A DNA stretch of 64,000 nucleotides from Eledone cirrhosa (lineage: Eukaryota). Both the position numbers and the translations under genes were made by a program. The DNA is taken from the NCBI GenBank assembly GCA_964016885.1, contig OZ024758.1:4898001-4962000 (forward strand), written 5' to 3'. This document shows positions 1-11,700 of this stretch, in pieces. Every line of letters begins with the position of its first letter. Positions within the stretch are counted from its first letter, which is position 1. The notes beneath the pieces are model-generated. The model saw only the letters and a program-made list of their open reading frames with translations. It was not told the DNA's origin and did not search any database.

Positions 1-214
1 TTTTCTCAAAATAAATAATATCAAAATCATAGATTCGATATTATGTGAAATAACTATTTGAGATAAAGATTTTATTGCGAAAATATAATAGCATATATTG
101 AGTAATGTAAATGCTAAAGGGTTAATATAAAACAAAATATACTGGTAAAAAGAGAACCAAGAAATTGTGTAAAAATTTAACAGCAACTATCTAAATAAAG
201 CCCTTTATGTTTAC

Positions 215-1581
<1,367 letters not shown>

Positions 1582-1723
1582 TCAAAAAAGTTAAATGATT
1601 AAGCTTATACATCATTTATATAAAAATGCTGTTGCATATTCTGTGTAAAACATACGTCCATATGGATGTATAAAAGAGTAATTACTTCTTCAACCACTTA
1701 TTCCTGAAACACTCCTACCAGCG

Positions 1724-2144
1724 GGTTCACCAAATTCTCAGTTTAGTCCAGAATGGGCAAAGCAAAATTTGGAATTCTGTACTAAGGTTACAGTATGGAA
1801 CGGTCCAGAAAAAGGTATGGAAAATTTATTGTAATACTGAGACATCCACTAATAAAACATGCTGCTATATTTTGTTTGTGGAGAATCAGAGTTATTTAGT
1901 CCAAACATATTAATGAAATCGTTGTGATGTTGATGATGATGATGATTTCTGTGACTAACCCCAATGTAGAGATCAAATTATGTTTGTTAAAAATGTCTTT
2001 GGTGTTTAACCCATTGATACCAACCTACCTGAAACAACTCTTAGATCTAGGATACAAAACTTTATTTTTAAATGTTTATATTTATTTATAATCAGATCAG
2101 GTCAGGCTTCTGCTTGCTACTGATACCATGTAACCCAGTACAAC
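1724..2144 (+). pseudogene. Duplicated fragment of MINDY4 exon 7 plus downstream intron, inside HSP60 intron 1
   Basis: Aligns by eye to 34000-34541; TGTACACTACCAGGGTTAC is shortened to TGTACTAAGGTTAC (-5 nt); donor AAG|GTATGG is retained. Confidence 0.9.
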
Positions 2145-2958
2145 TTGTCACAAAATGTATGCCTTCACTGCTACAAAAAACAATCAAGGAAAGTGATAGT
2201 GTATTTATTTAGCAGCAGAAGAATATTCCAAAGAGAGAAACTCAAGGAATTTTTTATAAATCTGTTGCATATATGTGAATAAAATAAATAAATTCTTTTA
2301 CAAATTTAACATTGTCTCTGATCAAGTCGAAGCGAGAGAGTATTTGATTGAATACATATAATTGTCATATGTATTCAATAACCATTTATAGAAGAGAAAC
2401 ATGTCATGTACATGCACATTTTTCCTTAGGCACTCCTATCCCACCTACATGACATCTTATTTTAACTTTTTAGCTAATGACCCACCCCCTGTTCTCTGAA
2501 CAGGGGTTCCTATTTGAATCAAAATCTAACAATTTTATATAAGAACATTGCTTATGTTACAAACACCACAATAATTGATTCTGATTTAGGCACAATACCA
2601 CCAATTTGGGGGGAGGGGAAAGTCAATTAAATCGACCCCAGTGCATTACTGGTACTTTATGCTATAGATCCCCGCTAGGATGAAAGGCAGAGCTAATCTC
2701 TACAGGATTTGAACTCGGAACATAGCAACATGCTGCAAAGCATGTTATGTGACTCTACAGATACTGCCAAACACCACCATAACAATAATTGTTTATACTT
2801 TTGGCACAAGGCCAGCAATTATCCCAGTGCATTACTGGTACTTCATTTTACCAACCTCCTAAGGATGAAACACCACCATAATGAAATAATTATAGTAACC
2901 CTCAAATGTTTATATTAATTAAAATGAGTATTTCATTAGAAACATAGTAACTAAAGGT

Positions 2959-3146
2959 TTAACCCTTTAGCATTTACATTATTCTATATATATATACTAT
3001 TATATTTTCACAGTAAAAACTTTATTTCACATATTGAACTATGAAATTTTGATAATACCCTAACATAAGTATAAGGGGCCAGTTCTAGCCAGTTTGAACA
3101 GAAAGAGATGAAAAAATTCTAGCCAGTTAAAATGGTAAAGGGTTAT
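2959..3146 (+). mobile_element. piggyBac-type MITE; further copies 1-125 (-, partial), ~3355-3555, ~3867-4080, 4503-4704, ~5393-5544, ~27239-27345
   Basis: TTAA-CCCTTTAGCATTT left end and AAATG.TAAAGGG-TTA right end; TTAA target duplication and CCC termini are piggyBac hallmarks. Confidence 0.75.
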
Positions 3147-3152
3147 GTATGC

Positions 3153-4330
3153 AGAAAATGTCACAAAATGAATGCCTTCATTATTATATAAAAACAATGA
3201 AGGAAAGGGTTTAAATGTATTTATGTAGCATCAGAAGTCTATTCCAGAGAGAAAAACTCAAGGAATTTATATTAAACTGTTGCAATAAAGTAAAAAGTTA
3301 CAATTTCCCTAAGAACACATGGATATCAAGTATAACCTCTCTGGTTACTTATTTCAGCCCTTTAGCATTTACATTACTCTATATTTACTATTGTATTTTC
3401 ATGGCAAAGGTTTATCTTACACAATTATCTCATAATATCGAATCTGGGATTTTGATATTAATTATTTTGAGAACAATACCTTAACATTAGTATGAGTGGT
3501 CAGTTACAGTTGTTTTGAACTGAAAGAGGTGAGAATTCTGGCCAGTTTAAATTACTATCTTAGTAATGAAATTTTAGTAAATCCCTCAAAATCCTTCATT
3601 AATAAAAATGGAGTGTATTTTATTAGAAATATGGTCATGAAAGTACATAGAAAATGTTACAAAATGAATGCCTTCATTATTATATAAAAACAATGAAGGA
3701 AAGGGTTTAAATGTATTTATGTAGCATCAGAGGTCTATTCCAGAGAGAAAAACTCAAGGAATTTATATTAAACTGTTGCAATAAAGACAAAAGTTACAAT
3801 TTCTCTAAGAACACATGGATATCAAGTATAACCTGTAAGTTACCAATCCGGCTCGGGTTACTTATTTTAACCCTTTAGTATTTACATTACTCTATATTTA
3901 CTATTGTATTTTCACGGCAAAGGTTTACCTTACACAATTATCTCACATAATATCGAATCTGGGATTTTGATATTAATTATTTTGAGAACAATACCTTAAC
4001 ATTAGTATGAGTAGTCAGTTATAGTTGGTTTGAACAGAAAGAGGTGAGAGAATTCTGGCCAGATATGGCTGGTTTAAATTACTATTTTAGTAATGAAATG
4101 TTAGTAAATCCCTCAAAATTCTTCATTAATAAAAATGGAGTGTATTTTATTAGAAATACGGTCATGAAAGTACATAGAAAATGTCACAAAAATGAATGCC
4201 TTCACTGTTATATAGTAACAATGAAGGAAAGGGTATTAAATGTATTTATGTAGCACCAGAGGTCTATTCCAGAGAGAAAAACTCAAGGAATTTATATTAA
4301 ACTGTTGCAATAAAGACAAAAGTTAGAATT
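3153..4330 (+). repeat. Tandem duplication, ~500-530-bp unit, ~2.3 copies, each containing a piggyBac-MITE body
   Basis: GAAAATGT.ACAAAATGAATGCCTTCA...CTATTCCAGAGAGAAAAACTCAAGGAATTT recurs at ~3153, ~3651, ~4178; an older copy lies at ~2146-2280. Confidence 0.85.
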
Positions 4331-6109
4331 TGAGTAGGACCACTTATTTCAAATATATGAACCATTTCACTGATTTTTAAACCTAACAAAATTAGTTGAC
4401 CAGTCTAGTATACAACCATGTTAGAGACAGCATGGTCAAATTTAGATTATATAAATTTGACAAGCTAAATAATATGTAATCATTATAGTGAAGGCATATA
4501 GCTTAACCCTTTAGCATTTACATTACTCTATATACACTATTGCATTTTCACAGCAAAGGCTTTATCTCACATAATATCGAATCTATGAGATTGATATTTA
4601 TTTTGGGAACAATACCTTAACATAAATATGAGCAGCTGGTTACAGCCGGTTAAAACAGAAAGCGTTGAGAATTCTGGCCGGATATAGCCGGTTTAATGGC
4701 TAAGCGTCAGGCATACAATAGTGGAGTTGTGAGAAATTCCTAGACCAAGACACTTTATTTCACTTTGCTCCAGTTCACTCAGCTGTAGAAATGAGTTGCC
4801 AAGTTACTGGTGCCAAGCTGCATCGGTCATTGCCTTTCCCTTGGACAACATCGGTGGCAGGAGACACCAATATTGCCAGCACTAAGGCTTGATCAAAGGT
4901 AAAGACACCTTTTAAAACTAATATTTTTATTTTATATTACGCTCACACTAATAAGTGCTTGTGCGGACTGGATGAGACACACTGGTCGCATATTTGATAT
5001 GCCTCTGATATGGAGCACAACAGATGTAGGATAATTTTCTCAATTTGATATGGTTGAATATGAAATAATAGATAACTGAACAGCAAAGAAATTAAAATCT
5101 AGAAAGTAGGACAGGAAACTTCCAGAAGTTATAGGACCCTGTACTATAGACCCTAACCATGCTATCAAGTTTTTAAGTATATATTTTCTTAACTTCTTGA
5201 GAGGTTCGTGGGGGTCATGCTCTTTAGACACACCTTCCAGAGGGTCCTATCAGAACAAAAAATATATAAATAAATAAATCATTGTTTACTAATCACACCC
5301 TGTTTACCCGATTCTTATATCGAGAATATTGGATCGATTCCTATTCAGAAATTAAATCTATGAAATATTTTAAAAACTTGATCCAATGCACTTTGACCCT
5401 TTAGTATTTACCTCACATAATATTGAATCTATGAGATTGATATTTATTTTGAGAATACCTTAAAATCACTGAGTGGCCAGTTTAAACAGAAAAACGTGAG
5501 AAAATTCAGCCCGGATACAACCAGTTTAAATGCTAAAGGATTAAGATGAGGAGAGAAAATGCAGAGCTTCAAGGATAGTTTAGGATTTTACTTCTAATAT
5601 GGAGTACTTGAGTTGCCTCCCACTTGGATATTAAAACCCTTTGTTTTATGACCTTGCGGCTCCCAAGGTTATAAATACTCCCTATACCTAAATACACAAT
5701 TCTACATTAACAAAATTAACCCCACAAGGGCAGAAAATGCATAACTATGAGCTACACAAGCCATCCCAGCAATAAATGAATTCTCAACAGAAATGACTTA
5801 AGGAAATGTGTTTACCAACCGCGGGCGCCTGATAGGTTTTAAGATCAATTCAAAATAACGGGCACGATAAGAAAATATATAAGCAACAAATGTAACCAAA
5901 CATAAGTTAACATTGGTATAGACTATTAGAAAGTGTGGTAGATTTGAAGTAAGTGATGCAATTTTCTTTAAAATTGCATCAATTCGCGAACCAACCACGA
6001 TTACATAACCACTGTAACCATTACAATATAACAAAGAATTAAACCCTATAAACCAGTTTTCATTTTTATGTAAGAGGTCAAACATCCCATATATATACCT
6101 CAAACAACG

Positions 6110-6302
6110 GCCAATTGAACAGAGATTTCGAGACTAGAAATATGTAGTAGCTTAACCACTACCCTGTTAGTCGATACATCGATCTCCACCGATCAATCGG
6201 CCCTCTGAAACGATCGTAAAACGATGAACTACCTACCTATGTCTGATGTCTTTTTTTTTTTCTTTGTTCTATGCACAAACACAAATATATATATATATAT
6301 AT
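6110..6302 (+). repeat. Diverged direct copy of MINDY4 intron 6 segment 33776-33949
   Basis: GCCAATTGAACAG.GATTT.GAGACTA.AAATAT.TAGTA.CTTAACCACTACC...ACCTATG shared by both loci. Confidence 0.8.
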
Positions 6303-8070
6303 CGTAATACCGAATGGAGTTTCTTTGGTTATACCACAAACCGGCGTGATAAGGACCTATTTGTTCTCATGATTAGTTTCATTCATAAAATGTGCCGAGA
6401 GTGAAAAAGCTTTAAGACTCGACACTGAATCGCTAAACATTCGAATTAAGATGAAATAATCGCGCATTTATTAATTATTATTTTTTAATCAAGAACATTA
6501 ATTATCAGTATAAGTGAAATAACTGAAAAGCTAGGTCAATAATCTCGCTAAGAGTCACCACCTTCTTATACAACAAAAAACACGGTCTTTAAAAAAACTG
6601 TCACAACAGCACGTGAAAAGTTAAAATTGCAACATAAAATATTTAAACGTTCTGTTGTATTTAATGTTTCCCATGCGTATAACTGAATTTATTATAGAAA
6701 TAAAACAGCAAAAAAAATGGGAGTGATTGAAAACGATTTATAGATTAGATTAATTTTTCTTCTTCAAAAATAAAAAAAAATCGAACAGAAATGTACAAAA
6801 GACTGTCTCGACCGAAAATTAACCAGAATGTTCCATTTCTACGACTTTTATATAATCAGTCAGTAAATATGTGTAGAGTTAGTTCAGTCGTTTCAAGGAC
6901 ACCGTAGAAATATATTACATTCAGCAGAAAAGATTTAAACTATTAAAATAGTATAATTATTAGACATTTAGTTAATAGGATATGATGAAATAAATTGGGT
7001 CGAACAAAAATAAAAAAAGGAACCCATGACCTTTTTTAAAGGTCAAAGGTTCGGTCTGTAAAGTGAAAGAAGATGAGGAAAAAAATTTTCCATAGGTTTT
7101 AGGGTTTTAATAGACTATAAGTCGTTTAGACTTACATAAACTAAAAAATAAATAGCATTAAATTTGTAATGAGGGCTGCTAAGGGGAGTCTGAGAATTAG
7201 GTTGACGACAGCAAATTTATTCTATTATTTTGTTAAATTTGTTGCGGAGGGGCTCTGTCGATGACCTTCACAAGCCTTTCGAAGATCGGAGAGATATATG
7301 GCGCTCTGCTAAAAATGTAAGCCGTTGACTGCAGGAAAAATCTCAACGGCCCGGACTATGTGGTGAGAAAGATTTGGGCTGGAGTTTAGCTGCAGATCAA
7401 ACGAGAATGTTAACTTACAATTGCTATTATTAGAATAAAAACACCAACAAATAATTCTTTTTAAATATACCAGGTAATTAACAGCAACAGTTAGCCACCA
7501 AAATTAAACATTTCAGTTTCTATGATGAATGAACACGTGGATTATAACACCACGTGGTTTGAGTAAGGAGCAACGGACACCCCATTGAAAATATAAAGTA
7601 ATATCATGATTCTAATAAGATTTAAAGGACTTCGGAGATTACTAAATCATAATCAGCGGAAAATTACTATTAAAAAATAAATATTTCAAACTTGGCGCAA
7701 GAAGCCACATTATTTAAATGCAAGTTTATTTTATTGGGAAAAAATAAAAACCAGAATACATATTTATTACAAACTAATTTTAATAAAAGAAATAATATCA
7801 AACTTTATTAATAATTTCTTACAAATGTGATTATGTATGTTTAAACAATCGTTAAAGGGACTCCACCCCCTTCAAGCTGAACACTTACCGGCATCGTATG
7901 AAACAGGTGCACGATTAATTAACGCTTCAATAATGGGAATAAAAAATAACATTTGCTTGTATTTAAAACAGAAAATATTTACAGACTCAATTAAGTGGCA
8001 TTAAAATAAAATCAGGCAACTATTTCGGGGAGTAAAATAAAACAAGTAGTTTGGTGGGGCTTTAACTTAC

Positions 8071-8230
8071 CAGAATTTTCAGCAGACTGCTATCAGAGTT
8101 CTTCCTGACACCGAATAACTGACTTTCTATAAGATTGTATCCCTCCACAGTTAAACAGGTCAACTATTCAATATCCGGTGAATCGCAGAAAATCTGTGGC
8201 CCGGGACTCGGCTTATGGAAGTTGACTAAT
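8071..8230 (-). other. HSPD1: Probable non-coding first exon of HSP60 (5' end approximate)
   Basis: Donor CTG|GTAAGT at 8071/8070 on the minus strand next to the HSE-containing promoter; an alternative donor CCG|GTAAGT lies at 7889/7888. The ATG exon has its own acceptor, so an upstream UTR exon is required. Confidence 0.5.
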
Positions 8231-8414
8231 TTAATTGAAACGATCAATTCAATTAATCTATCTACCTGAAATTTCTATTTGATTATATAAATTTTTTTAA
8301 TACAAACGAAAACATTCGTCTGTCGAAAGCAAATTAACGAATTCTAAATCGATATTGCTGTAGTTGTTATTTGCGAGTGGCAGTTACATTATACAGAGTT
8401 AGGGTGACTCAAGT

Positions 8415-8429
8415 TGAATTTTCTAGAAA
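8415..8429. promoter_or_regulatory. Heat-shock element (HSF site), 3 perfect units
   Basis: tGAAt-tTTCt-aGAAa, alternating nGAAn pentamers. Confidence 0.85.
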
Positions 8430-8538
8430 TTTTGCTCGATTTCTAGATTTCATTATTTTAAATAAATCCTTCACAATTTCACTTTTATTAAACGAAATAA
8501 TAACAATAAACCATTTTAAGTTGAATAATAAACTGGTA

Positions 8539-8553
8539 TTTCTAGAAACTTCT
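8539..8553. promoter_or_regulatory. Heat-shock element (HSF site), 3 perfect units
   Basis: tTTCt-aGAAa-cTTCt. Confidence 0.85.
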
Positions 8554-8726
8554 ATGAAGAAATACGAATAATTTGGAGTTGCCGGCAGGTCATAGAGACT
8601 GCGCATTTGGATCCTAGGTGCGCGTGTTAAAGGCCGGTCATTATTTTAACATTTATTTACTGGTGAACTTGTTCTGAACCTTATTGACGTCTTCTATAAA
8701 CCAAACTTTGAATTTAGAAATCAACT

Positions 8727-8729
8727 ATG
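8727..8729 (+). CDS. HSPE1: HSP10 exon 1 coding part (ATG only)
   Basis: ACT-ATG|GTAGGT just downstream of the HSEs; exon 2 lacks the initiator; vertebrate HSPE1 also has an ATG-only first exon. Confidence 0.8.
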
Positions 8730-11700
8730 GTAGGTGTTTTATTAATGAGTATAAACATATATTTATATTGATGTGTGTGTTTCGGCGACTGCTAATTGAA
8801 TGAGTTATATAAAACTGGTGTTTCCTGCCCACATTTTTATCTCCACGTGTTCTGTGATCTTTAACAAAATTTCTTTCATTTATTAACCGGTGTTATGGAA
8901 ATTTCTCTCTTTTTACTCCAGACAAATTGGATCCGTTTTCTGATGTGAGGCAGGATATAAGTTAAAATAATAAATATATAAGTTGCCAACATTTTATAAT
9001 TTTTATCTGATGTAAATTTCTATTAATTGTTTCGCTAATTTAGTTTTATCTATATTGTCTGTGTTAATTTAAACTCGTTGTTCTACACCTTTTTTTTTTT
9101 TCTCATTTCGCTTGATTCGATAAAGTAAATCGTAAATAACCTATATATATATATAGAGAGATATATATATATATATATATATATAAATACATAAACGGAG
9201 AAAGCTAATAGCGATACTCCGACCATTTATATATATAATGTGTGTGTATGTAATATTTTTTGGATGGGATTATTTTATTTCGGGAATGAATGAAACTATT
9301 TGCTGCCATTTATGATATTCAATAATAGTCTTTTACTTTCGTTTTCTATAAATTTCCCCAATATATGTATATTGCATTGTCCCTTTAATCAGAGTTGACC
9401 TCTAAGGTGCCTTAACTACGGTAATCAGCACACACCTACTTCCATGTATGACATTGAATTTTGACCTTGCTAATACCCGGGTTAGCGCCGGGGATGCTTC
9501 CTTTTTAGGGACGTAAATAACTCCCTAAGTAATTATGAATCGTCTAAAGTTCTTAATTCATGGAGCACATCTACACATTAAGAATACCCATGTTTTGTTT
9601 TTTTTTATCTTTCCTTCCATCTTTAAAAATGTAGACGTGTTTTTGTAATAAAAACAATTCATTATTATAAACATATGTAAACTTGTGAAACCATTCATAT
9701 CACTAGTGCCCTTGAAAAATATATATTACTACTCTCAGGTCTCAAATAATCGACCCCCGCCTGTTATTAATTTTTCAGATTTTTTTTTCCAGTCTCCGTT
9801 TATTAAATTTTGCTACTCTCTCCTTCGAAATGTTATATTAAGTGGTAGCATTCCTGCGACCATTAGTTTTCTTTATACATTAAAAAACATTATACTCAGG
9901 TTGTCCTCATATTCCTCTGTCATGTTAAATTAAATATTCTACGGTTATTTTAAGATGTTATATAACGTATTACCAATTTATGTTATATAACGTACTATCA
10001 ATAATTTGTAATAGGTTATAGAATTATTGAAGAATTCTCAAACTAAATAGCTGGAACGAATCGATATTTTCGAATCAAATTCTGCAAGCTTAACTTCAGA
10101 ATCAATAATAATTAAAAATGATTTCTACTATAGGCACAAGGCCAGCAATTTTGTGGCGGACGGGCATCAATTAAACCAACCCAGTGCATTACTGGTACTC
10201 TATTCTATCGACTCCGTAAGGGTGAAAGGTAAAGTTAACCTCGGTGGGATGTGACCTCGGAACGTATCTATATGCAGCAAAGCATGTTGTCCGATGCTCT
10301 ACCGATTCGGACAATTCACAGCCCTTACAAAGTTTGGTTTCCGATTATGAAATTTTTGTTCTTTAATTAAAATCGGAATATTAATTTTTCTTAATTTCTT
10401 ATTGTTGAGTTGTTTATAATACTGAAGATGATGTAAATATTCCTCTGGAAGTATATTGTACAAGAATATATTCTTGTGGAAGTATATTGTATAAGAATAT
10501 ATTCTTGTGGAAGTATATTGTATAAGAATATATTCTTGTGGAAGTATATTGTATAAGAATATATTCTTGTGGAAGTATATTGTATAAGAATATATTCTTG
10601 TGGAGATATATTGTATAAGAATATATTCCTGTGGAACTATATTGTATAAGAATGTTCCTCTGGAGATATATTGTACAAGAATATATTCTTGTGGAGATAT
10701 ATTGTACAAGAATATATTCCTGTGGAGATATATTGTATAAGAATATATTCCTGTGGAGATATATTGTATAAGAATATATTCCTGTGGAGGTATATTGTAT
10801 AAGAATATATTCCTGTGGACGTATATTGTACAAGAATATATTCCTGTGGACGTATATTGTACAAGAATATATTTTTGTGGAGATATATTGTACAAGAATA
10901 TATTTTTGTGGAGATATATTGTACAAGAATATATTCCTGTGGAGGTATATTGTATAAGAATATATTCCTGTGGAGGTATATTGTATAAGAATATATTCCT
11001 GTGGAGGTATATTGTATAAGAATATATTCTTGTGGAGGTATATTGTATAAGAATATATTCCGAATTTAGAATTGGTATTGATAATATACCTCAATTATTA
11101 TTTTAAATATTGCAATATAATTATTTCTATTATAGGCACAAGGTCAGCAGTTTGCAGGGTGGGGAAAGTCGATTAATATGTCCTCAGTGTATAACTGGTA
11201 CTTTATTTTATCGACCCTGTAAGGATGAAAGGCAAATATAATCTCAGCGGGATTTATAGGTACAAGGTCAGCAGTTTGGGGGAGGAGAAAGGCAATTAAA
11301 CCGCTTGCAATACATTACTGGTACTTCTTTTATCGACCCCCGTAAGGATGAAAGGCAAAGTTAACCTCGGCGGGATTTGAACTCGGACCGTAACTCTATG
11401 CTGTAAAGCATGGCGCCCGATCCTCCACCGAGACTGCCAATATGCAAAACAGTGAGACGAAAGTCGACACATATATTGACTTCAAAATTTAACGTCTTTT
11501 AGTTTTTTCTACAATGCGTGCTGGATATTGGATCAGCAATCTGTAGATGGTTGCTGCTGGAAGGAGTGTTTGAGGACTCTGCCCCCACGAACCTCTCATA
11601 AATAAGTGGGCGAAGATGTATGTTAGGGAAAACTGCTCCCTTCACCGTCTCCCAAACACATTCAGTTTTATCTCCTAAGAGAGTTTAAAGGTCAAAATCT

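Larger units (their letters stand above)
8230..8726. promoter_or_regulatory. Bidirectional HSP60/HSP10 promoter region
   Basis: Lies between the divergent HSP60 UTR exon and the HSP10 ATG exon; CpG-containing, with two HSEs. The head-to-head HSPD1/HSPE1 arrangement is established in vertebrates. Confidence 0.75.

Noticed and set aside
10299-11094. ORFs of 198 and 226 aa
   Set aside because: Translations of the 31-bp minisatellite.
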